A stretch of 64,000 nucleotides of DNA from Antedon mediterranea (lineage: Eukaryota > Animalia > Echinodermata), in NCBI RefSeq assembly GCF_964355755.1, contig NC_092679.1, forward strand, positions 17,653,432-17,717,431, written 5' to 3'. The notes below the pieces were generated by a model that saw only the letters and a list, made by a program, of their open reading frames with translations, was not told the DNA's origin and did not search any database. The translations under genes and the position numbers were made by a program. Shown here piece after piece: positions 1 through 13,006 of the stretch (positions are counted from its first letter, which is position 1; the number at the start of each line of letters is the position of its first letter).

Positions 1-290
1 AGAACCAAAACATTATCAACGTCATCAATAACAACATTATCATCATCAAGAATAACATCAACATTATCATCATCATCATCATCAAGAACAACAACAATAT
101 TATTATCATCATCGTCATCATCATCATCATCATCATCAAGAACAGCAGCATTATTATCATCACCATCATCATCATCAAGAACAACAGCATTATTATCATC
201 ACCATCATTATCAAGAACAACAACATTATCATTATTATTATCATCACCATCATCCTCATTGCATTATCTTTATTGTCAGCCATCATCCAC
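1..290. repeat. Degenerate (ATC/AAC/ATT)n trinucleotide microsatellite in intron 2 of FGF-A
   Basis: Runs of catcatcat, caacaac and attatt visible throughout 1-290. Confidence 0.85.
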
Positions 291-336
291 TTCTTAAAAA
301 GAACATAACACTGTTTTAGTTTCTAGGCCTACATAC

Positions 337-443
337 ATTTCTTGCAGATATTTTCCCAAGCCTGTCCATTGATAAGTAAAGTCCTGATTCAGTGCCTCGA
401 ATGATGACCAAATTAGGTCCGACAGCAAAAATGGTTAATTCAA
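337..443 (-). CDS. FGF-like paralogue A, coding exon 2
   Basis: 107-nt exon between tatAG| and |GTatgt; translates (V)ELTIFAVGPNLVIIRGTESGLYLSMDRLGKISARN, the FGF 'V.IRGv.SGLYL.M...G' core motif; same length and phase as exon 2 of copies B-D. Confidence 0.9.
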
Positions 444-574
444 CTATAATGTAAAACAAAAAAAATTATTCATACAGTATTATGCAAAATATGCAACATT
501 TACCAGCATCATATTACATTAATTCGTAAACAATTAACTCATTAGGGTATCAGAGGGACATAATAATGATAATA

Positions 575-780
575 TGGAACTCTGATGGGCATGGGTTCGA
601 GCATATCTGTACCATACTGATTGCATCCTTAGGCCAGATGCTCTACTCTCATTGCCTTGTCCTTTAGATGGGATGTAAAGCAGTTGGTCTCGTGTACGTA
701 CAGTGCACGCTAAAGAACTTGGTACTGTTTGAAAAAGAGTAGGGGATCCTCTCCCGGTGTGCTGACTTGGTAGGCGCCGC
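575..780 (+). mobile_element. Diverged Deu-domain-like tRNA-SINE fragment
   Basis: GGGTTCGAGC B-box plus 'gtgcacgctaaagaac...aagagtaggggatcctctcccggtgt', similar to the SINE core at 43868-44155. Confidence 0.45.
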
Positions 781-1627
781 ACTGCTGGCTGCCGCCGTGG
801 GTCCGTGGAGTGCCTAATCCGAATTTCCTCAGTTTCCAGTTAAGCTTGAGGACCAGAATAAAAAACCTTTACCTTTTAACCTTTGATTCATATAGAGGAG
901 ACTTTGAGGTGTCCATGTCCGAAATAGTATCATGTAATATGGTGCCTTTCGGCCCAAACCTTAATATCTAATTTAGTAATTGGCAGACAGAGAAACAACT
1001 ATATACGAAATATAAAGACTATACTTGCGAATGTTGTTCTTCTTAGTTTAATTCTTATTAAAACAACATAACAGCAATGTTATCAATTTAGTTTTCTGTT
1101 TTGTGAGAATCTTTGTATTTGATTTCTTTATTACAATAGCTGTTCATAATGACAATCGCATTTTACGATAAACGTGGTCGAAAATACAGTCTCGCCTAAC
1201 CCAAGTATTGTTACTGTACACTCTATACTCTCTACAATAAACAATGTTATACATTGTATTATTTATTTTATAATATTTCTATACAAAGTGGTTATAATTA
1301 AATAAGTATTGTCAAACAATGGAATTGCTAAACATGAAATAACATAAAATCGAACTTTGAATAGGCGCCATTTTGTAGTTTGAATAAAGTCACTCACTTT
1401 CTCCGAAAAACCCAACAAACATGATTTCGCTTCAGTCGTTATCTTTCGGTTTATTTTAAACAAAAATAAACCGGTTTATTTTAAACAAAAATAAACCGGT
1501 TTATTTGGGGGTTTTTTCCGAAGTAAATAACTATTATTCTACATTAAAATAGCATATTCAATAGATTTTAAAGTTATTATTTTCAGAGAGAAATTAATAT
1601 ATCTTTAATAATTAATTTTTTACGAAC

Positions 1628-1931
1628 CGTATTTGTTTTTACAGTTACTTGTGCCATGGACATGTCCATCTGGTCCGATCATCAGAAATAAACCAGTTCT
1701 TGACAAAACTCTTTTTACAACTTTATGATGGTCCAACCTGGCTTCCTCGGTATCTGAGGTCGTCGTCTCCCTGTTTTCTGATTTGTCGTTAAAATAAGCC
1801 AATGTGGATTGGTTTGTCTCTATCTCCACCGTTGATTCAATCAGCGAACCCAGGATAACGATAACACAAATGGCATATAAAGGACACACAGTGACATTTT
1901 TGGTACTGGAGACATCTTCTTCTATTTTCAA
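1628..1931 (-). pseudogene. FGF-like paralogue A, coding exon 1 (start codon out of frame; possible pseudogene or assembly indel)
   Basis: ORF reads hydrophobic YAICVIVILGSL then KRVLSRTGLFLMIGPDGHVHGTSNCKNKY, ending at a phase-1 donor G|GTTCGT (1627). In-frame TAA at 1940-1938, and no in-frame ATG before the core domain. Confidence 0.6.
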
Positions 1932-1975
1932 ATCAAATTATCTGAAAAAATGTATTCAAGTTTTTTCCCAGTGTA

Positions 1976-2138
1976 AAGCTTTGTCTACACTATCAAACTA
2001 GTTTGACACAAAACAAATGTGCCCAAATACGGTATGGTGGTGATATGACCAAATACGGTGGGGATATGACATCCATATAATAATGGGTACATAACATTTT
2101 TTTTTGTCACATAAAGTTTGATAGTGTAGACAAGGCTT
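1976..2138. mobile_element. MITE family 1 (TIR ~aagc(t/c)ttgtctacactatcaaact)
   Basis: Terminal inverted repeats 'ctttgtctacactatcaaact...agtttgatagtgtagacaagg'; homologous copies at 39008-39154, 54774-54937, 49520-49610 and 57078-57180. Confidence 0.8.
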
Positions 2139-2193
2139 AACACAAAATAGAGATATAGAAAGAAAGTAAAGTACAAAACGGGTGGACACGCCT

Positions 2194-2673
2194 ATGCTAA
2201 TTAGTCAATCCACACCAGACATAGGCCTATATGCTAATTAGTCAATCCACACCAGACATAGGCCTATATGCTAATTAGTCAATCCACACCAGACATAGGC
2301 CTATATGCTAATTAGTCAATCCACACCAGACATAGGCCTATATGCTAATTAGTCAATCCACACCAGACATAGGCCTATATGCTAATTAGTCAATCCACAC
2401 CAGACATAGGCCTATATGCTAATTAGTCAATCCACACCAGACATAGGCCTATATGCTAATTAGTCAATCCACACCAGACATAGGCCTATATGCTAATTAG
2501 TCAATCCACACCAGACATAGGCCTATATGCTAATTAGTCAATCCACACCAGACATAGGCCTATATGCTAATTAGTCAATCCACACCAGACATAGGCCTAT
2601 ATGCTAATTAGTCAATCCACACCAGACATAGGCCTATATGCTAATTAGTCAATCCACACCAGACATAGGCCTA
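2194..2673. repeat. Perfect 37-bp minisatellite, about 13 copies (atgctaattagtcaatccacaccagacataggcctat)
   Basis: Head-to-tail identical units with no spacers. Confidence 0.95.
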
Positions 2674-3159
2674 TAAAAACAATCTACAAGACATTGATAA
2701 CTTTCTGCAAATATTGTTAATATCTAAAATAATTATTTAATAGCTATTAAACTAAATATGTAGTACATTTAAACATAAAAGAAGTAAGATGTAAATAAAT
2801 TAGAAAAAAAAGAAGATTTTTGGTAGACTAATTAATTTCATGTTTTAAGCATAAAAGTTTAGTAAAAAAAAGGAAAATAATAGTTATTATAAAAAAAATA
2901 ATATGTAGTATATAAGGTAGTAGTTATGAGTACTAAGCCTAGTTTGTGTGAGCAAGAGTAGGTCAACTAGCTGAGGTGGTACTTTTACCGATAGGTGATT
3001 TTGCATTTTGGAATACAGTTTGTAGAAACAATTGCAACAACCAAAATCACGTTGCAAAGTATGTTTACGAGGAAAGTATATAGATGATGAAAACAGTTAG
3101 GTGGATAGTTATTATGTGACATTAAAATGGCATATTCAACCAAAAAAATTAATTTTTTA

Positions 3160-3510
3160 AAACAGTTACGAAGTTGAAGTTGCAGTGGCTCTGGCCTAAG
3201 GTGCTGCAAAGTGGCAACGTATAACGGAATTAGCAGTACCATAGTTCAGCCGATACAGTAAAGAAGTTTGGTTCTGGCCAAAGCTATTGCGAAGTATGCA
3301 GCGGTTAAGCCGATACAGTTACGAAGTTGCAGTGGTTCTGGCCGAAGATATTTCGAAGTAGAAGCGGTTCAGCCGATACAGTTACGAAGTTTCAGTGGCA
3401 TATAGCCGAAGTAACGACGGTCTATAGCCGATGTAGTTACGAAGTTCAGTGTATCTGGCCGAGGCCGATGCGAAGTAACAGAACTTCTAACGAAAACAGT
3501 TACAAAAGTA
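3160..3510. repeat. Degenerate dispersed/tandem repeat (gccgatacagttacgaagttgcagtggttctggcc-like)
   Basis: Motifs 'agccgatacagt', 'tacgaagtt' and 'tctggcc' recur 5-6 times. Confidence 0.6.
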
Positions 3511-6500
3511 TTATAACATAAAAAGCAATAGCAATATGGAGTGTGTGTTGTGTTTTTCCCTGACAGTGAGTGTGCGATTATATATTAAGATATTCAAATT
3601 GGTTTATAGACCAACTATTGTGTATATTGTCCAAATAACTGATGTTTATAAGTGGAATGGAAAGAATATTTTTATTCGTTGAAAGACAATCTATGCGGAG
3701 TTTAATGAATTGAGTTTAATGATTGAACAGTTTCTCTCCATTCCACAAATAAACACCTCACTGTTCGAAGGCTAGGTCCATAAAACAAAAATTATTTTAG
3801 CCGCGGAGTAAAGCCGCTATAGACGGCGCACTCTAACTGAGGTTGGGTTTTAACTGTTTCATTGGGATCATCGGCCTAGGCGTCGCACACAATCTCAACA
3901 TTTTTATATAAAGCTATTACCTAAACGTGCAAAATGTACACCAATCGTAAGGATGTATACAAATACAGCATGTGACACCACATCAACCAATCAAATGGCA
4001 AAGATACAAAAGGCGTGTTATAGCCTACGTACTATTAATACCAGATTCGATAGATTGTTACTAGACCTATAACGCATGGTTACAAAAAGTTGATGCATAA
4101 TCATCATGTAACATTTCAACGAACGATAACCAACTTAATCTAGAACAGGTGTGCGCTGATTCCGTCCTAGACGAGTAGGCATACACCTAGCAGTACATAA
4201 TGAGCGCAATAATCAAGAAAGATGGGGCGGGGTCTCCACCTGTTACGTGTAATTCATTTAAACAAATTAATAGATAAACAGCGCCGACCAATTATGTGTA
4301 ATTAAATTATTAGGAATAAAAAAGTATAAATTGTAGGCCTACAAAATACAACTGTGTGAAAACCACCCAGCAATAATAGTATATTGAAAAAGGTACCGTA
4401 AACGGGGAAATTCTGTGATTATTGAAAAGTTTTAAAAAAAACAGATTAAGTTTGGCTAGATTACTTTATGTTTTAGGCCTAATAACAATAACCCAAAAGG
4501 CTATAAAATCCCGGCATTACATTGCCAATTATGTGTGCCATTATTTAAATGTAGGTCTAAAGGTCAACGTTAAGATATTTTATAAGTCCATGTAATATTA
4601 ATATAATTTAATTACATACGGAGTGTGAAAGTAATCGAGTGTTTTGTTTTAAATGTTGATATGTATGATAACACAAGTCTATCTAAATCCAAGGTGGTTT
4701 TAGTACCTGTAATTGTTCACTTTTGTTTGCATATGAGGTAAGTTTAAAGTATTCCAAATCCTGTAAGTAGTTGTTTCTTGTATACATTATTAGGTTCGCC
4801 ATTTTGTGTAAGCTGGCCTCGCTGACATCACAGCGACCACGGCCGGGCGCTTGCACAGTTATTGATGATAGACTCGAAAGAGAGTTTGAACGAGCACTAT
4901 AACAATTATGACTATAGTATTTTGTATTAAATACATGAAGGATAACTTCTGATAATAGTATGTCCTATTTTTATGAGTACCGTGTTTGCCACGTTGTTTG
5001 AATTAAGACATTACAAAATCGAACAATTTTTAATATGTTTTAATAGGGAAGAGTACAATTTTACTCTTTCGTTTACGGTATGGTACTGTCACTTACGTAA
5101 AGAAACAATAGGCTGTATAAGTGTAGGCCTAATGTAAGTAAAACCGAGCATGCATGTTACTTATAACATTGAATGTAAGTTTTATTGTTAAAAACACGTT
5201 TTTAGCTAGGTAGGTGTCATTGTGCTGTTATACTGTATTAAGATGTAACTTAAAACAAAGCATACATATTATTTATAACATCGAATGTAAGTTATATTGT
5301 TAAAACAAAATGTTAGCCAGGTAGGTGTCATATTGTGCTGTTATACTATATTGTTTAAACCGTGATGATTTTAGAAATAAAAGTGGGAGAAACCCACATA
5401 AATTGACTTCTTAACCAAACTTAAAATAAAGAGACCAACGCACTGTTGTATTCAAAGCTAGTAAGTATTTTTTTACTTGTTTTATATGATTTCGACATTT
5501 CAAAATTTTATTGCACATACAGATTGACAAAAGAAATAAAAAATCTCTCCTCAATCAGGTGCTTAGAACTAAGTACTTGATGATTGAAGAAGACAGATTT
5601 TTGGAACAATCTAATGTAAAACACAACTTTACTTTTAAATAAAATTTAAAAAATGAAATCCCACAATTGTATAAAAAAAAGGAAAATATGATACGCCTAA
5701 ACATGGCCTTTAGATTATAATACTTTGAATGTATACATTATTATACCGTATATATAAATATACAACAAATGATTATTATTTTCTTATTCTTCAATTGCCA
5801 AAAAAACAACAAAAACCAAAAGAAAACCTAGTAGTAAGTAGCACATAAAAAATAACATATTATATACTTTAATGTAATAAAAATATCAACAATAAAAAAT
5901 CTAGAATGTATTAATTAAAACTCAAAATCTGTCCGCACATTAACATAGAACAATGCACAATTAAAACTCCTTTTACCGATTAGTGTTTTAGAACTTTAAA
6001 TGCAGTGTACTGAAATCAAACAACCTTCTTGCTTTACCGCATACATTTAGGCCTAGAGCCAATTTCCACAGACGAGCGGAAAAAATATAATACTGTAGTA
6101 TTATAATATAGAATCTATGTTATTTCTTAAGACCATTTCCACTAAACGCGGGCGATCGAGCGATAACTATCCAGGATAGATACAAATCCAGCGTGGGACA
6201 AGCTAACATCTCTTATTGATAACAAACTATATAGGCCTAACACACACATTAGAAATTTAAATCCCATATTTGTTTGTCTTATGTAGGTTCGTCCCAATTT
6301 TATTTCTTCATCTGTTAAAATATTGAGTTACAATACAGCATTACACGTACAAAAACATTAAACATTATTTTTCAACTTTTTGTTTTTATTAAATAATCGT
6401 CTGACTCTTACTACAATCCTTATAGAATGTTTTAACACACATTACAATACATTTTGATAATGTTATATAATGGTTTTGGATTAAATGCATATTTAATGAT

Positions 6501-8231
6501 CTTTTCAACACACGTAGGCCTATGCATTTTTATTTATTGACGCATTCGTGTGCAACTGTTTTAAAAGTGAATGTTTCAAATAAAAGATCTTTTTTTTATA
6601 ACTTTTTTGTTGTAGACGGCACGTGTCTCAAAGACAACCCGCATTAGATTTTGTTTTATTATATCACGATTTGTTTTATTCAAATCAATGGATTAGATCA
6701 CAAATTAAATTTATTTTTTCTTTTTACGGAGGGTTTTATGAAGTCATATGGAACTTAAACTTGATGTTTTCGGGATATAAATTGCACATAGTGGTAATAG
6801 GATAGATTAACTGAGTATAGGCTAGGTGACATAAGTAAGAGGCAAACGCGGCCTAAGCTGGTCAAGTGTGAGGGGCAGCAAACAACCGTGAGTGCAGTCG
6901 GTAGCCTAAGTAACAGCCTGGTGGCTAGATGGTAACAGGCCTAGATCGGTTCAGATCACTCATAGGTATATACCGTTCTAGAAGAGAATTATGACATCGT
7001 AAATATTACGATTACTACAGTATTTTTATGTCAAAGATCAATACATTGTGCGCGCAATTCTGATGGTACCTTGCAAAAGTAGGCCTACAATTTACATAAC
7101 AAGACATGAACTTATATAACAACAACATTCAAGCAAGAAAATAAGCTTATTATTTTATTATTTATCGCCTGCATAACTGTTTTTATATGTAGACATTTTG
7201 GTATTCACGTGGGATGTTAGCATGTGTACTGGGTGTATTTGACACAATTTACTGTCAGACTTGTATTTGTCAAGCCATTGCTTTGAATTGGTTTCCTGTC
7301 GAATTTGAAAAACAACATTATAGAAAAACCATAACCCAAATAAATAATTTCTAGACAAATTCCAAAAACTCAATGTCAAGAGACAACGTATATCCTAGGC
7401 CAATCACTGGTATCGGAAAAATAAGTTCGCCATGATAAATTGAATGTAAATATAATTTTAGTATTGATATCATAAGATATTGAAATCAAATTAATTCCTG
7501 GTTTTATATTCATAGTAATAATGGAATAATATCGTCTTTGTATTTTATTTATTTATTATGTTCAAAATGGTACGAACAAAAAGAAAATTAAGTAATTCTC
7601 CAGAGCGGTTTTCAAATGTAGTTTAATAGGCTATCAGACCTTCCTAGGACCATTCCTGTCGTCCTGATACCCATGTTGTGTGTGGATGAAATGAAATATA
7701 AAATGTACAACGATGGTAAAATAAATGTATTTGTTTCTATATGTATAGAAGAACAAACGTACAAAAGCGCTCTCTCTTTTAATATTTGCCATGTTGTAAA
7801 GAAATGTTAGTATAGTGTCTTGGGTCTAGTACATATTTTTACAAACATTCTTGGTTGCTTCTGACCACATTTCATCTTTTAAATATATAATATTTCCTTT
7901 GATTTATTTGATAAACGTTTCGTTTTCGTATTAATATGCTCCATAAACGCACTATTCTATACATTTAAAAGCCCATTTCGTTGTGTAGTCTACCGTACAC
8001 CTATTTGTTACACGCTTGGTTTTTCCAGCATCTTCTCTAACAGCACATGTACTTCACATATTGTATCGCCTATATCTTGACATAACTCTGTACTTATTCT
8101 TATAATACAGGTACATGTGATACTATAAGACGCTGTATTGTCGATTCTATGATACTGGGCTGATATTTTCGTATGTGGAGATACAGAACCGAGAATCAGG
8201 TACCTTTATTACAATATTACTTGATACTGAT

Positions 8232-8339
8232 TTGATATAAAGTTTGCGGTACACCACAAAATAACTGTTGAGTGAGACTCAGAGAAACTCAACAGTTTTC
8301 AGAACTAATATAATATGTGTACCGCAAACTTTATATCAA
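8232..8339. repeat. Short foldback: 23-bp perfect inverted repeat with an inner 11-bp inverted repeat
   Basis: ttgatataaagtttgcggtacac ... gtgtaccgcaaactttatatcaa; inner aactgttgagt ... actcaacagtt. Confidence 0.85.
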
Positions 8340-11300
8340 CATTTGATTTCGCCATGCAAACCTTCAAACAATATATTATTTGATACGTTGATATGTTCGT
8401 TTAAATGCACAAATTATGTATTATGATATGTTAATAACATCCTCTCAGAATAAATTCGTTGTAAAGCAAAGTGCTATGTTTTACCCTGTATGTGTTTGAC
8501 TCAAATCAAAATGTCGGTTTTGAATTTAACGAATAAAACCACTTAATATTATATTATAGTTACTTTTATGTTACTGTATTAAAGTAGGTATGTATATTTT
8601 AGATTATTGTAGAAAAATGGTGTAGAATAATTTTTTGAAGCAATTTATTTACATTTTCAAATAAAACATTGAAGGATTTTGTATACTTTAATCAAACCGA
8701 CTTACAATTATGACACAGTCTACGCGACTCATAAAGAATAAATTAAATTCAAGTTCCTTAGCTATATTTATCATGTATAGCAATGAAATTATCTAAGAAT
8801 CTATTTGAATTATGTTATTACAAAACCTGTTTACTACCGGTACTTCTTCTACAAACCTTGCTAACTAAAACATTAATAATGTTTTCACCACCGTAAAGCG
8901 ATCCCTTAATAATAATTATATATAGATTATTATTTTAAATATTTAAATAATTGCTTTTTGTAGGCCTACTACATTGCAAAAAATTCCTGCAGGAGGATTA
9001 TTCCATGAAGCTCATTGTTATTTATTAATTAACTAGAGCTACCCCTTAAAACAGTTTTATTTTCGGTACGCACAAATTGCTACAAGGTAAATCTCCGTAA
9101 AGTACGTGAATCACTTTTGAAAAGTATCAATGATATACAAGAAAGCTACATTTACCAAAAGATTGTCTGTGGTTGGAACACGGTTAATTTAATCAGAAGG
9201 TAGAGTTACGTATTTAATTAAAAAATGCTTTATAACCAGACAGAACACTGGGAAGATTAACCAAAAAGCCAAAAGGTTAAAATGTCGACTGAAAATAATC
9301 CTTTAAAGAATTCTTCTTAATTAAACTGAATAATGTGACAAGTTTCCTTAGAAATGCAAGCATTATATCGTTTTTAAATTATAGCAGTTATGAATTATTT
9401 TATTTCAATTCGCTTGTAATAGTGGGGAGTTGGTCACTTACAGAATGAAATACATTAGCAAGGAGACACCATAAAAAGAAAAGTAAAGATCAGTTCAAGA
9501 CACAAAACTACCGTAATACATCTTAATTAAAAAATTATATAAAGAAAACAAAATGTTAAAGAAGATATTAAACGAAGAAGAGTACAATAATATCAAAAAC
9601 AATGTAAGTAGTTTGCATTCTAGGAAATAAACTTGACTTATTTAAATGAAATTTAAAAAATAATAATACCTGGTAGATTTAAACATAAACATCATTGCGA
9701 CCGCTCATGATTTGATGTTTATTAGTACAGAACAAGAACAATAAAATACGTATAAAACACACCACATTCAATCAGTTACCAGCCAAACACAGGATAACGT
9801 TGATAAACGTATATCTTCTGTATTTTCCTCCTATTAATGTTGACCAATGTCTGGATGTAAAACTGGGAAGTTGTGGTTCCGCACGATATACCGAATGGAG
9901 TCTGTATGACGACAAATAACATTCTTCTGCTGACACGTGGTTTGTTGTAACATTTATTGTAATTTGATAACATTGTATAACATATTATATAATCTGAATG
10001 TTATCGATTTTAAATCATACCATTTTAGCTTCATTCTCATTCATGATCATATTAAGGATAAACCTATATAAATAATTGTTGAATTAGATTTTTAGATCAT
10101 TGTAAAAACATCATATTTAACTGCATTTTAAAATCTTCATATCTAGGCCAGTAATAGCTAGTTGCGATCAACCGATATCGGACAGTCATCGAACAAAGGT
10201 ACTCGTAAGGTAATTCCTTGTGTCAGACGATGTTTACGTTTCTGTCATTTAGTTAAAATCGCATGTTTATTTACACTACACATAGATGCGTGAATCTTTT
10301 CAGCGTGAATCTTTTAGACGAGGGTGTATTTTAGTAAACAGATATGGCAGAATGGTATTTTGGTTTATAGAAGCACAGTGTATTGTATTTATTATTTATT
10401 ATGCAGTTATGGCACCTGTGGGTCTACTAGGATAACCTACTTTCAATATGAATTTGGACTAATACCAATTTTGACAATTTAAATACCACATAGATTTCAA
10501 ACATTTTAAAACAGTGTTTATATTATTGGAGCTACATTTATTAGGTTAAGTGTGGTGATATGAAAAGTTGTCAGAATTAGCTCCCACGCAATTGGCCTAT
10601 ATTTTGTATAGAATAATGTGTTAACAGCAACAATAACGTTGAACAAATAATAATGAGAAACGGAATAAGACGGGAATATTTGATGGTGAAGAAAGTCGCA
10701 TAGACTCGACATTTACGGAGATTCGACGGCACAAACCATGAACGTGTATCGTGTTGCAAACTATTGACGTTGTATGTACGACATGGAAAATGCATTATAC
10801 ACAACGGAGAATATCAACATTGCGCTCTCAACAATATCAAAATGGGTTGGCTATGTAGAAAAACATTATGTAACCTCGACTCGAAAACGCAACGAGAGAA
10901 ACTATTGATGATAGCTGATAATAAAGAATAGGCCTAAAGATGTGAAAATCCGCGTGTTAAAAAAGTCGTCCCAATAAACAACTTACTGGTATGTTCCAAC
11001 TATATATGCTTTATCTGTATTATTATTATTCGATTGAATATAATAATAAAAAAAAAATAAATATAAATAAAATTATTATTATTATTATTATTATAATGAT
11101 CTAGTTTAATAATTCGTTAGTATTTTTATTAGTAAATTTGTTTAGTATTTAGTAAGTTTATTAAGAAAGTGACTGATATTTTATTTTGTTGATTAAGGTA
11201 ATCATATAATTTGTTTTCATAAACATTTGTTATTATATTAGTAAGACTATTTATTTTCATTTCATATATTTACAGTAGTAGTCACAAAGACTTACTATTT

Positions 11301-12683
11301 ATGTATGTACACTTTTCAATGTAAATAGATTATAATCATCTGTAAACTTTTTTTTTCAACGGAAATCTTCCAGATGGGTCGATAAAACACACTGTAATGG
11401 ACTAGAATATTGTTTTTTTATATTTAGTAAGTTTAATAAGAAGGTTGTTTACGTTTTTTTATTTTTTTATTAAGGTAATCGTATAATTTATTTTCAAATT
11501 TGTTATTATTGCCTATTAGTAATATTATTTATTGTTGATTAGCCTATAATATTTTGATTAGTTCAAATTTAGTTCAACTTAAAACGATTAAATTAAAAAT
11601 ATAAAATATTCGTAATAGTCGTAACAATTATTATATACATTTGTAAAATGTTTATTTTAAATTTTTTAATAGAGGTATTTGAATAACAGAGATTACAATA
11701 AATATTCAATTTGTAAACAAATAAACAAATTCAGTATTAGAATAAATAAAAGAAACGATAGTAACAATAATGCATATAATAATAAAAAAAAAAATTTCGA
11801 TCACATTTTTGGTCTTAAAAAATTGAAAAAGCCTAGGCCTAACTATTTATATATATACCAATGTTAATTTATTGTCATTTGAAAATTAGCTATTATGCAT
11901 TTTTATTTTTTATTTATTACAATTATGAGTAAATTAAAGAAAATAATCAGGAAAGTAGTAATAAAGAAAGAGAAATAATAACTAACATTTATAATGTATT
12001 TTTGATATATGACGAATGAACAAAAGAGAAACAAAGTGAATAACTATTATATATGACATTAAAATGGAATATTCAACAAAAGAAAATGGTTTTAAATTAT
12101 TTTTTTAGGATAATAATTTATCTAGATGTAGGCCTAATTGAATTATATTTATTTTTTCAAAAAACACATTAATACTTTTTTTTAAGTACTACCATCTATG
12201 AAAAAATGTAAATAATTAGGGCCTATAACCGCCGAGCAATATATACTGCAGAAAGTACATTTAAAACAAGACGGTATACAGTACTTCAAATCGTAAGAAA
12301 TTTCGCACAAAAACGAATTTATGTATAACATTAATATTAATAAATATTTGTTGTTAAATAGATTCTTTTAATGTTACATAATAATTCACTTTGACCAAAA
12401 ATAGGATGTTTTTTGTTGTTTTTTAGGACCATTTTTCTGAAAGTAAATAGATTTTAATTTTTTTGTTTTTACTCTTTTGTGTTGGCAACGGGTGAATAAA
12501 ACAGCAAGTTGTGCCATTCAAAACTTGATTTATTCATTATTTTTAAACGGGAGACTAATTCATCTTTGAACGGTAGAGTAGGCCTATCGAAGCCTATACT
12601 GTACAAACCATCCAAAAACTGTCTCTAGATGATGTTTGTCGCATGATAGTCCAGGCCTACAAAATGAAAACTCACGACTTATT

Positions 12684-13006
12684 TAAAGATGTATTGTCCC
12701 CCAAAAACATGAAAAATGAAGATTAAATAAATCAGACTTTGAATAGGTTATTTTGTAGTTTTAATAAAGTTTCACTTCCGTAGAAATAAAAACTGAAAAA
12801 AATAATGTTTTCACTTATAAAATAACATGATAAATGGTTAAATTCAACCAAAAATCCATTGGCTGGCAGCCAATTTGACCATTTTTTGCTTTAAATTCCA
12901 GTTTTTTCAGGTAAATAAAAAAAATTTTTATTCAATTTTTGGTCGAAGTCAATAACTATTATGTGACATTAAAAAAAGTTATTTTCAGGGGGACAATACA
13001 TCTTTA
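12684..13006. mobile_element. MITE family 2 (TIR taaagatgtattgtcccc, about 320-360 bp)
   Basis: taaagatgtattgtccccc ... gggggacaatacatcttta; homologous copies at 18419-18733, 27477-27835 and 32752-33055, degenerate at ~1290-1607 and ~19770-20044. Confidence 0.8.

Noticed and set aside
1-290. Poly-His/poly-Ile coding tract
   Set aside because: Trinucleotide microsatellite within an FGF-A intron; no exon boundaries
2194-2673. CRISPR array (37-bp repeats)
   Set aside because: Units are contiguous with no unique spacers, there are no cas genes, and the context is eukaryotic
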